Positions 17,037-25,066 of a DNA stretch of 41,926 nucleotides are shown here, in pieces. Within the stretch, counting starts at the first letter, position 1. The number at the start of each line of letters is the position of its first letter. The translations under genes were made by a program, and so were the position numbers. Origin of the DNA: Sphingomonadales bacterium (GTDB taxonomy: Bacteria; Pseudomonadota; Alphaproteobacteria; Sphingomonadales; Sphingomonadaceae); the NCBI GenBank assembly GCA_034668525.1, contig JAXDPC010000260.1:1-41926 (forward strand), written 5' to 3'. The notes beneath the pieces are model-generated. The model did not search any database, was not told where the DNA came from, and saw only the letters and a program-made list of their open reading frames with translations.

Positions 17037-18410
17037 TCAGGCGCGCGGGCTGCCGCCGAGCGCCTTGTAGAGATCGATCGCGGCTTCGAGCCGTTCCTGG
17101 TGCGCGACTGCGCGGGCGTCCTCGGCGCGAACCAGCAATTGCTCGGCGTCGAGCACCTGCTGGAGATCGGCCTCGCCCTCGAGATACTGGCGCCTGGCAA
17201 GACGGGCGGTGACCGTCGCCTCGGCCACGATTTCGACCAGCAGCGCCTCGCGGGCGCGGGAATGGGCGACCGCGGCGAGGCCGTTCTCCGCCTCGCCCAG
17301 AGCCGAGAGGAGCGCGCCTCGATAGAGCTCGACGCTTTCCGCCTGCTCGGCGGCGACGGTGCCGAGCTCGCCGCGCAGGCGACGGCGGTTGAAGATCGGC
17401 GCCAGCAGGTCCGAGCCGATGCGGAGGGTCGCCCCGATCGGACCGCCGAGCGTTGCCGCCTGGCCGAGCGCGCTCGCACTCAGACGAATGCGCGGCAGGA
17501 AGGCGGCACGGGCGCGGGTCACGTCGCCTTCCGCGGCGGCGATCCGCGCCTCCGCGGCGCGCACGTCGGGTCGGCGGACGAGAAGCTCGCCGGGTTGCAC
17601 CTGAGCGATCTCGGGAACGACGAGGTTCGCCAGCCGCCCTCGCGGCGCCGCAAAGAGTGGCGCCTCCTCGCCGACCAGGACGGCGAGAGCATTCCGGGTC
17701 CGCGCCAGCGCTTCGACCAGCCGCAATCTGTCGGCCTCGAGCTGGCGCACCTGGATGGTCTGCAATCCGGTGTCCACGCGGGTCGCGTCGCCCAGCCTCA
17801 GCCGGACGCCGATGATACGCTCCAGCTCGCGCGCCTGCCCGATATTGCGGTCGAGCAACGCGATCCTGTCCGCCAGGGCCGCGTGCTGGACATAAGCGCG
17901 CGCGACTTCGGTCTCGATCACCAGAGCGGCGGCGTCCCGATCGAAGGCCGCGGCGGCGAGACGGGCGCGGGCGGCGCGTCGGCCGGCACGCTCGCCCCCG
18001 AACAGGTCGAGATCGTAGGAGACGTCGAGTCCGGCGAAGCCCTCGCTGAAGTTGAAGGCGCCGCCGCCATTATTGTCGGTGTCCGTGCCGCTGAGGCCGG
18101 CGGAGCCGGTCACCACCGGCAGCATCGAGGCACGCGCGATGCCGAGCTGCGCCCGCGCCCTCTGGACTCGCGCCGCCGCGGCGGCGACGTCGGCATTGCG
18201 CGTGGCTGCGAGAGCGAGCAGCCGCTGCAGCTCGGGATCCCCGAACGCATCGCCCAGCGCCGGCTGGTGCGTCGGCGCCCCTGTCGCCGTCCCTTCGCCG
18301 CTCCAGCTCCGCGACTGCAGCTCCGGCCGCGGCCGCGTCTCGACCGAGGGCGCGCACGCCGAAGCGAGCGCTGCGAGCAGGGCGAATGCGGGCAGGCGGT
18401 GCGCAATCAT
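17037..18410 (-). CDS. Outer-membrane efflux lipoprotein (NodT/OprM/TolC family)
   Basis: Lipobox LASAC; FGDPELQRL..A..RNADV, SYDLDLFG, LLVRRPDVRAAE, AAFLPRI, IDLYKALGG. Confidence 0.93.
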   Translation of the reverse strand: MIAHRLPAFALLAALASACAPSVETRPRPELQSRSWSGEGTATGAPTHQPALGDAFGDPELQRLLALAATRNADVAAAAARVQRARAQLGIARASMLPVVTGSAGLSGTDTDNNGGGAFNFSEGFAGLDVSYDLDLFGGERAGRRAARARLAAAAFDRDAAALVIETEVARAYVQHAALADRIALLDRNIGQARELERIIGVRLRLGDATRVDTGLQTIQVRQLEADRLRLVEALARTRNALAVLVGEEAPLFAAPRGRLANLVVPEIAQVQPGELLVRRPDVRAAEARIAAAEGDVTRARAAFLPRIRLSASALGQAATLGGPIGATLRIGSDLLAPIFNRRRLRGELGTVAAEQAESVELYRGALLSALGEAENGLAAVAHSRAREALLVEIVAEATVTARLARRQYLEGEADLQQVLDAEQLLVRAEDARAVAHQERLEAAIDLYKALGGSPRA

Positions 18411-18435
18411 CGCATCAGCCGATAGCGGGCGTAGG

Positions 18436-18461
18436 TTAAAATGGGTTGAAGCGGAATTAAC
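18436..18461. promoter_or_regulatory. Overlapping CtrA-like boxes in the divergent OMF/HlyD promoter region
   Basis: TTAA-N7-TGAA (18436-18450) and TTGA-N7-TTAAC (18446-18461), compared with the CtrA consensus TTAA-N7-TTAA. Confidence 0.5.
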
Positions 18462-18520
18462 CCGACTTTCAGTGATTTCCGATAGCCGCCGCTCAAGGGA
18501 AAAGGGCCGCGCAGCTTCGA

Positions 18521-19753
18521 ATGTCCACGCAATTGTTCCGTCAGGAAGTGATCGAGGCGAGCCGCGACCGGCTGGCGGGCGCGGTCGTCGCCGCGGTGCC
18601 GCCGCGCTCGCGGCTCTACACGATGCTCCTGCTCGGCTTCGCGGCGGTGGTCGTCGCCATCCTCATACTAGGCCAATATGCCACCAGCGCTCGCGTGCGC
18701 GGCATCGTCGCCTACGACGCCGGTATCGCGCGGGTCTATCCGGCGAGCCCGGCCGAGATCCGTGCCATCCACGTCCGCACCGGCCAGCGGGTCCGCGCCG
18801 GCGACCCGCTCGTCACCATCTCGCTCGCCCAAGGCTCGAACGGCGTCAACGCGCAGCTCGCCCAGATCGACCGGCAGGACGCCGAGCTCGCCCGGCAGCA
18901 GACGCTCGCCGGCGAGATCGGCGCCACCGAAGCGGGGGGGCTCAGCGAGCAGCGCGCCGGCCTCCGTGCCGCGATCGCCTCGCTGGAGCGCCAGCGCGCG
19001 ATCGCCGCAGGACAGATCACGCTCGCGGAGTCGGCCACCCGCCGCGCCGTCCAGCTCGCCAGCGAGGGCGCCGGCACCCAGCGCCAGGTCGAGGACGCAC
19101 GCGCCACATTGCTGGCGCGCCGGGCCGAGCATGAGGGGCTGAACGAGCGGCTGATCGCGCAGCGCGAGCAGCTTCGCGCCATCGACAATCTGGTCGCCGG
19201 ACGGACACTGGAGGCGAGCCGCAGCGGATCGGTGCTCGGCGCCCAGCGCGCGGCTTTGGCCGAGCAGCGCGAGGCCCTCCTCCGCACCCACCAGCTTACT
19301 CTCACCGCCCCGATCGACGGCGAGGTCGGCGACGTGCCGGTCGAGGTCGGCCAGCGCGCGCGCCCCGACGCGTCGCTGGTCACGATCGTCCCGGCCGGGA
19401 GCCGCCTCGAAGTCTGGGTCTACGCCCCGTCGCGGGCGATCGGCTTCGTCCGCCCGGGCCAGGAGGTGCGGCTGCTGTTCGACGCCTTCCCCTACCAGAC
19501 CTACGGCGCCGGCCGCGGCCGCGTCACCGAAGTCTCCCGCGTGCCGACTGAGCCCTCAGCGATCGATGCTCAGCTCGGCATCGAAGAGCCCGTTTTCCGC
19601 ATCCGCGTCGCAATCGACCAGCTCGCGCCCCGCGCCAGCGCCGACCAGCGCCAGCTCCGCCCCGGCATGACGCTCTCCGCCAATCTCGTGCTCGAGCGGC
19701 GCAGCCTCTGGCAGGTCCTCTTCAACCCCTTCCTGGCGACGGTCGAGCAATGA
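18521..19753 (+). CDS. HlyD-family membrane fusion protein (CvaA/RaxA-like)
   Basis: N-terminal LFRQE, one TM helix, coiled-coil, LTAPIDGEV, SRAIGFVRPGQEV.L.FDAFPYQTYG, EPVFRI, LRPGMTLSA. Confidence 0.93.
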   Translation: MSTQLFRQEVIEASRDRLAGAVVAAVPPRSRLYTMLLLGFAAVVVAILILGQYATSARVRGIVAYDAGIARVYPASPAEIRAIHVRTGQRVRAGDPLVTISLAQGSNGVNAQLAQIDRQDAELARQQTLAGEIGATEAGGLSEQRAGLRAAIASLERQRAIAAGQITLAESATRRAVQLASEGAGTQRQVEDARATLLARRAEHEGLNERLIAQREQLRAIDNLVAGRTLEASRSGSVLGAQRAALAEQREALLRTHQLTLTAPIDGEVGDVPVEVGQRARPDASLVTIVPAGSRLEVWVYAPSRAIGFVRPGQEVRLLFDAFPYQTYGAGRGRVTEVSRVPTEPSAIDAQLGIEEPVFRIRVAIDQLAPRASADQRQLRPGMTLSANLVLERRSLWQVLFNPFLATVEQ

Positions 19754-21873
19754 GCGGGATCGAATGGCCCTGGCTGCGGCGCATGCAGCCGCTCTACCAG
19801 TCGGAAGCGGCCGAGTGCGGCCTCGCCTGCCTGGCGATGATCGCAAATTATCACGGGCACCGCGTCAACCTTTCCGGGCTGCGCCAGCGCTATCCGACCT
19901 CGATCAAGGGCGCGACGCTGGGCGACCTGATGACCATCGCCGCCGGCCTGGACCTGTCGCCGCGCGCTGTCCGCCTCGATCTCGACGAGTTCGACAAGCT
20001 GCAGACTCCGGCCCTGCTGCACTGGGACCTCAACCATTTCGTCGTTCTGGAAAGCGCCGGGCGCGACCATGTCGTGATCCTCGATCCGGCCGCCGGCCGG
20101 CGCCGGGTGGCGCTGCGCGAGCTCGACCGCCACTTCACCGGTGTCGCCCTGGAGCTGACGCCGACGTCCGACTTCAAGCCGGTCGAGGCCCGCTCGAAGA
20201 CCCGGCTCCGGGACCTGTGGAGCCGGATGACGAATTATCGCGGCGCCATGGTCCAGGTGCTGTCGCTGTCGCTGCTGCTGCAGCTGACCGCCCTGGTCAT
20301 GCCCTTCTTCCTGCAGCTGACCGTCGACGAGGCGATCGGCCAGGGCGACACCAACCTGCTGCTCATCCTCTTCATCGGCTTCGGCGTTGTCTACGTGTTG
20401 AACGGCGTCACGCGAGCGCTGCGCTCCTGGGTGGTGCTGACCTTGGGCGAATCGCTCACCTACCAGCTCGCGGGCAACGTCGTGCGCCATCTGGTCCGGC
20501 TGCCGCTCGGCTATTTCGAGCGGCGCCATGTCGGCGACCTGCTGTCGCGCATCGGCTCGATCAACCCGATCCAGTCCCTGCTCACCCAGGGCCTGGTCAA
20601 CGTGCTCATCGATTCCGCGCTGGCGCTCACCACCGTGATCGTGATGGCCATGATCAGCCCGCTGCTGATGCTGATCGTAGTCGGATCGACGCTCTTCTAC
20701 CTCGCCTACAGCTTGCTCCTCTATCCGGGCCTGCGCCGCCGCACCGAGGAGGAAATCGTCGCCCGCGCCAATGAGGAGACCTACCTCATGGAATCGATGC
20801 GGGCGATCCGTGCGATCAAGCTGCACAGCCACGAGGCGATGCGCGAGAACGGCTGGCGCAACCGCTACGCCGACGTCATCTCCGCCACCTATCGCGCCGA
20901 AATCTACAATATCCGGCTGAACCTCGCCGAGAACATCCTGTTCGGAATCCAATTCCTGCTCGTCGTCTATCTGGGCGCGCATGCCGTGCTCGGCCAGACA
21001 ATGACGATCGGCCTGCTGCTCGCCTTCATCGCCTATCGCACCAGCTTCATGGGCAGCGCGGTGGCCCTGGTCGGCCAGCTCCAGCGCTGGCGCCTCGTCG
21101 GAGTCCATCTCGACCGGCTTTCGGACATCGTCGGCGAGCCGCGCGAGGATCTGCACATCGTGCCGCGCGGCGGCCTGCTGCCGGCGCCGTCGATCCGCAC
21201 CGACGCCCTCACCTTCGCCTACGGCCCGACCGAAGCGCCGGTGTTCGACGGCATCGACCTCGAAGTGCCGGCCGGGAGCTTCGTCGCCATCGTCGGTCCC
21301 TCAGGCTCCGGCAAGACGACCTTGGTGCGGATACTCCTGGGCCTGCTTCCAGCCACGTCCGGTCGCGTCCTCATCGACGGCATCCCGCTCGGCCCGGCGA
21401 CCATCTCCGGCTGGCGCAGCCGCATCGGCGCAGTGATGCAGGACGATCATCTGCTGACTGGCACGCTGGCCGACAACATCTCCTTCTTCGATCCGCGGAT
21501 CGACCAGGCCTGCGTCGAGGAAGCCGCCAAGCTCGCCCGCATCCACGACGACATCATGAAGATGCCGATGGCCTATCAGAGCCTGATCGGCGACATGGGC
21601 GCGGCCTTGTCGTCCGGTCAGCGCCAGCGGATCATGCTCGCCCGCGCCCTCTATCGCGACCCCGACATCCTGTTCCTCGACGAAGGCACGGCCAATCTCG
21701 ACGAGGACAATGAGCGCGCCATCGCCGACATGATCGCCTCGCTGCCGGTGACCCGCATCGTCGTCGCCCACCGCCCCGCTTTGGTCGAGCGGGCGGACAT
21801 CGTCTTCACATTGGACGGCGGACGGCTGCTGCGCAGCGAGCGGCGCAGCAGCCGCATACCGGAGCTTGCCTAA
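19750..21873 (+). CDS. Peptidase-containing ABC transporter (C39 domain; CvaB/RaxB-like PCAT)
   Basis: C39 QSEAAECGLACLAM, HWDLNHFVV, ILDPA; TM domain with YFERRHVGDLLSR; Walker A GPSGSGKT, LSSGQRQR, Walker B ILFLDE, VAHR. Confidence 0.96.
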   Translation: MSGIEWPWLRRMQPLYQSEAAECGLACLAMIANYHGHRVNLSGLRQRYPTSIKGATLGDLMTIAAGLDLSPRAVRLDLDEFDKLQTPALLHWDLNHFVVLESAGRDHVVILDPAAGRRRVALRELDRHFTGVALELTPTSDFKPVEARSKTRLRDLWSRMTNYRGAMVQVLSLSLLLQLTALVMPFFLQLTVDEAIGQGDTNLLLILFIGFGVVYVLNGVTRALRSWVVLTLGESLTYQLAGNVVRHLVRLPLGYFERRHVGDLLSRIGSINPIQSLLTQGLVNVLIDSALALTTVIVMAMISPLLMLIVVGSTLFYLAYSLLLYPGLRRRTEEEIVARANEETYLMESMRAIRAIKLHSHEAMRENGWRNRYADVISATYRAEIYNIRLNLAENILFGIQFLLVVYLGAHAVLGQTMTIGLLLAFIAYRTSFMGSAVALVGQLQRWRLVGVHLDRLSDIVGEPREDLHIVPRGGLLPAPSIRTDALTFAYGPTEAPVFDGIDLEVPAGSFVAIVGPSGSGKTTLVRILLGLLPATSGRVLIDGIPLGPATISGWRSRIGAVMQDDHLLTGTLADNISFFDPRIDQACVEEAAKLARIHDDIMKMPMAYQSLIGDMGAALSSGQRQRIMLARALYRDPDILFLDEGTANLDEDNERAIADMIASLPVTRIVVAHRPALVERADIVFTLDGGRLLRSERRSSRIPELA

Positions 21874-22814
21874 CAGTCGGCGGCGTTGCTGGTGCGGACC
21901 TTGAACTCGATCTCGATCACCGTCTCCATCCGGACGATGGGCAGCACCCTCAGGATCCTGGGGTCGAAATAATCGCGCAGCAGGGGCGGACGCTTGGCAG
22001 CGAAATAGAATTCCGGATCCTGCGAGACCGGTTCCCCGGCCGCCACCTTGAGCTCGTCCTTCCGCGTCACGTCGGTGACGATGCACGGCGCGTGGCTGAT
22101 CCCCAGCGCGCGCAGGGCGTAGGCGCGGTGATAGCCGTTCTGGAGGACGGCACGGCCGCCGCTGCGCACCGCCGACATGAAGTTGCAGCCGAAGCCGACC
22201 GGCAGCACCAAGGCCGACGAGATGGGGCCGAAGCTCGCCAAGCGCTTCAGATCGTCCTCGCCCATCAGCCGCGCGGCATGGGCGCGGAAGTCGGTCGAAC
22301 CGGAGGCGAACAGATAGCGGTCCGACGACAGCCGCTGGACCCGCACCGGCGGGCTGGGCCGGTCGAGCGGCAGGCAGAAGCGGAACAAGGCCTCCGGATC
22401 CGGCGCGGGGCCGAGGCCGCCGCAGAGCGCGTCGGAGAAGGGCCGCTCGATATGGGTCTGGGAGACGATCAACCGGTCCAGCTCGACCATCATGATCCGC
22501 GAAGGCAGCGTGCCGAATGCCTCGCGGAACCAGGGATGCGCCTTCACCTTGCGCGCCAGCGGCCGCATCTCGGGGGGCAGCGGCCGGCAGTCGTGCCTGT
22601 CGGCGTCGCCGGCCTCGCTCTGCTCCAGCTCGTAATAATAATCGTTGGCCGCGCGCCATTCGTCGGCGAGGCGCTGCGTCGGGATGGACGCGCCCCCCAC
22701 CGCCTTCGTCGTCACGAAGTCGAGATAGTCGGCGAGGTGCGGCTGGCCGAGCAGCCAGACGAGCTCGGCGCCCGCGGCTTCGCCTGAATTCGGATTGACG
22801 CGCTCGCTGCGCAC
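21870..22814 (-). CDS. Hypothetical protein with ParB/sulfiredoxin-like catalytic motifs; candidate peptide-modifying enzyme
   Basis: GTG 22814 with GAGGGAGG RBS (ATG 22844 is an alternative). MVELDRLIVSQ and VLQNGYHRAYALRALGISHAPCIV match the ParB/Srx 'L.p.Q' and 'G.HR..A...LG...P.iv' elements; no HTH evident. Confidence 0.7.
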   Translation of the reverse strand: MRSERVNPNSGEAAGAELVWLLGQPHLADYLDFVTTKAVGGASIPTQRLADEWRAANDYYYELEQSEAGDADRHDCRPLPPEMRPLARKVKAHPWFREAFGTLPSRIMMVELDRLIVSQTHIERPFSDALCGGLGPAPDPEALFRFCLPLDRPSPPVRVQRLSSDRYLFASGSTDFRAHAARLMGEDDLKRLASFGPISSALVLPVGFGCNFMSAVRSGGRAVLQNGYHRAYALRALGISHAPCIVTDVTRKDELKVAAGEPVSQDPEFYFAAKRPPLLRDYFDPRILRVLPIVRMETVIEIEFKVRTSNAADC

Positions 22815-22926
22815 GAAACCCCTCCCTCGACGCCGCCGCATCATGCCGGCGCGGCCGTTTCCGGGTCGCAGCCATAGCCGCCGGAGCGGTAAGGAAGTCT
22901 TACGCCCGCGCGATTGCGGGAAACGC

Positions 22927-22951
22927 CCGGGGCCGCACGTGGCGGCCCCGG
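22927..22951 (-). terminator. Stem-loop just downstream of the precursor peptide gene (weak terminator or mRNA stabiliser)
   Basis: CCGGGGCCGC-acgtg-GCGGCCCCGG, 10-bp perfect stem; on the minus strand it is followed by GCGTTT. Confidence 0.6.
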
Positions 22952-22960
22952 TGGATCGGC

Positions 22961-23143
22961 TTAGCAGCGGCCCTTGGAACGGCCCTTGCTCTTGCTGCCC
23001 TTGCCCTTGCTGCGCGAGCCGTGGCCCTTGCTGCCCGAGCCGCGACCGCGCGAGCCGCAGGGGTTGCACGAGCGGGGGCGACACGAGCCCTTGCCGCCGG
23101 CGCCATAGACATGGCCGATTTCGTCGATGTGAAGGTCACGCAT
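22961..23143 (-). CDS. Double-glycine-leader precursor peptide (60 aa; putative RiPP/bacteriocin-like)
   Basis: ATG 23143 with AGAGGGAG RBS; leader MRDLHIDEIGHVYGA fits L(-12) E(-8) I(-7) V(-4) GA(-2/-1); adjacent to the C39 PCAT/HlyD/OMF genes. Confidence 0.85.
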   Translation of the reverse strand: MRDLHIDEIGHVYGAGGKGSCRPRSCNPCGSRGRGSGSKGHGSRSKGKGSKSKGRSKGRC

Positions 23144-23258
23144 TTTCCGAGCTCCCTCTTCGGACATGACGCCGACCAGCGGCGCCGTGCGGACTAAATA
23201 CCATCGCAGGACCGCCCGTTCCCGCGCAAAACAGGGTGAACGCGTCCCAAAACGGGAT

Positions 23259-23903
23259 TCAGCGCGGGTTGGGAGCGGCGATCAGCTCGTAGACGTCGGC
23301 AGTCCCTTGCTGGGGGCCGCGGACGACGAGGCGGTAGCGGAAGTCGCCGATACGCTCGAAGAGGCCCGCCGTGCTGATCGCGCCCGCCTCGCCGTAAGGC
23401 AGCGCCGTGCGGCCCCCGGGGCGAAACTCGGCGCCGAGAAAGACGAGGCGGCCCGGCTCGCTGGTCTCCCAGAGGAACCCGCCCAGGGGCCGTGCGGCCG
23501 TTTCCAGCGTGAGGCTCAGCCGGTCCCCGACGAGAGTGACGAAGCAGAAGGCCTCGCGGCCGCCGCGGCGGCCGCGGGGCGCCGCGGCGGCGGGGCCGAG
23601 CCGGACGAGGCGGCAGCGATAGGGGCCCGGCGCAGGGGCCGCACGCGGCAGGGCCAGGTACGGATCGAGCAGCTCGCGATCGGCGCCGGCGGCGCGCGCC
23701 GCGGCGGCGAGCTGGCGGAACAGGCCGGGCATGTCCTCGGTGACGCCGGCATGCTGCGGCAGCGCGGCGCTGCGCCAGCCCTCCGCGGCCTCGATCACGA
23801 CCACCGGACGGGGCGGCGGCGGTCCCTGCGGACGCTCGGATCGGCACGCCGCCAGTCCGGCGGCGGCGAGCATGACGGCGTGGAGATGACAGGCTTTGGG
23901 CAT
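23259..23903 (-). CDS. DUF4893-like lipoprotein
   Basis: Lipobox LAAC; PAPGPYRCRLVRLG, FCFV, VFLGA, GLFERIGDFRYRLV. The start could be ATG 23873. Confidence 0.7.
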   Translation of the reverse strand: MPKACHLHAVMLAAAGLAACRSERPQGPPPPRPVVVIEAAEGWRSAALPQHAGVTEDMPGLFRQLAAAARAAGADRELLDPYLALPRAAPAPGPYRCRLVRLGPAAAAPRGRRGGREAFCFVTLVGDRLSLTLETAARPLGGFLWETSEPGRLVFLGAEFRPGGRTALPYGEAGAISTAGLFERIGDFRYRLVVRGPQQGTADVYELIAAPNPR

Positions 23904-23923
23904 GCGTCCCCTTCAGGGCGCAA

Positions 23924-23942
23924 ATGGTTAACAAATTCTAAA
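23924..23942 (-). promoter_or_regulatory. CtrA-like box upstream of the DUF4893 gene
   Basis: Minus strand reads TTTA-GAATTTG-TTAACCAT. Confidence 0.5.
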
Positions 23943-24053
23943 GGCCGACGCCATCGATGCGACAGGCGCCAAGCCTGGCGGCACGGGCCGCCCTCCCCGG
24001 CCCGGAGCGATCCCGCTGGTGGGGTTGCGCCGAGCGGGCTAGGGTCCGCGGCG

Positions 24054-25025
24054 ATGAGCGAGATCGCGGTCGTCGACATCGGCGGGACCCATGCGCGCTT
24101 CGCTATCGCGGAGGTCGGCGACGGACGCGTGCGCCGCCTCGGCGAGGCCTGCACGCTGAAGACCGGCGATCACGCCGGCCTCGAAGAAGCCTGGCACGTG
24201 TTTCGCGAGCGGAGCGGGCATGCCCTCCCCCGCGCGGCCGCGATCGCCTTCGCCGGGCCGGTCGTCGGCGAGGTCCTGAAACTCACCAACAACCCTTGGG
24301 TGATCCGGCCGGCGCTGCTTCGGCGCGAGCTCGGTCTGGAGCGCCTGACCATCATCAACGATTTCGCCGCGGTCGCGCATGCCGTCGCGCAACTCGGCGA
24401 CGGCGACTACCGCCATTTGTGCGGCCCCCCCGAGGACTTGCCGCGCCAGGGGCTAATCAGCGTGATCGGTCCGGGCACCGGCCTCGGGGTCGCGCAGCTG
24501 CTGCGCCGCGCGGACGGCGTCTACGACGTCATCCCGACGGAAGGCGGCCATACTCACTTCGCCCCGCTCGACGCGGTCGAAGACCGAATCCTTGCGCAGC
24601 TACGCGTCCGCTACGGCCGCGTCTCGGTGGAGCGCCTCGCCGGCGGAATGGGACTCGCCGGCATCTACGAGGCGCTCGCCGCCGTCGAGGAGCGGCCAGT
24701 CGAGGTTCGTGACGACAAGACGTTGTGGACGGCCGCTTTGTCGGGCGCGGACAGGCTGGCCGGCGCGGCGCTGGCCCGCTATTTGCTGATCCTCGGCGCC
24801 GTCGCCGGCGACCTCGCGCTCGCCCACGGCGCGGTCGGCGTGGTGATCGCCGGCGGCCTCGGCCTGCGGCTCGCAGAGCATTTGCCGGGCTCGGGCTTCC
24901 GCGACCGCTTCACCGCGAAGGGCCGGTTCGAGCGGCGAATGGACGGGATTCCGGTAAAGCTTCTCACTCATCCGCAACCCGGCCTGTTCGGGGCCGCCGC
25001 CGCCTTCGCGCAAGAGCATCCCTGA
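24054..25025 (+). CDS. glk: Glucokinase
   Basis: VDIGGTHARFA, FAGPV, LTNNPW, INDF, GPGTGLG, TEGGH, SVER, GGLG, FTAKGRF, PGLFGAA. Confidence 0.94.
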   Translation: MSEIAVVDIGGTHARFAIAEVGDGRVRRLGEACTLKTGDHAGLEEAWHVFRERSGHALPRAAAIAFAGPVVGEVLKLTNNPWVIRPALLRRELGLERLTIINDFAAVAHAVAQLGDGDYRHLCGPPEDLPRQGLISVIGPGTGLGVAQLLRRADGVYDVIPTEGGHTHFAPLDAVEDRILAQLRVRYGRVSVERLAGGMGLAGIYEALAAVEERPVEVRDDKTLWTAALSGADRLAGAALARYLLILGAVAGDLALAHGAVGVVIAGGLGLRLAEHLPGSGFRDRFTAKGRFERRMDGIPVKLLTHPQPGLFGAAAAFAQEHP

Positions 25026-25066
25026 ACCGCGGCCCGGTTCCGAACGTTGAGGCGGCTGGAGGCTGG

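Noticed and set aside
18521-21873. RaxSTAB-type sulfated-peptide system or colicin V locus
   Set aside because: The transporters are of that family, but there is no sulfotransferase, no Tyr in the core and no immunity-like small membrane gene, and the core is not hydrophobic.
21870-22814. Chromosome or plasmid partitioning ParB
   Set aside because: There is no parA, no evident HTH or parS, and the catalytic elements are split by a large insertion. The context is peptide export.
21870-23084. 404-aa ORF-track version of the ParB-like protein with a Gln-rich N-terminus (QQGQGQQEQG)
   Set aside because: The extension is the precursor peptide gene and hairpin read in another frame. A good RBS and GTG exist at 22814.
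22965-23095. Repeated CCCTTG units as a CRISPR or DNA tandem repeat
   Set aside because: Spacing is irregular and the units are just Lys-Gly codons in the precursor peptide. No cas genes are present.
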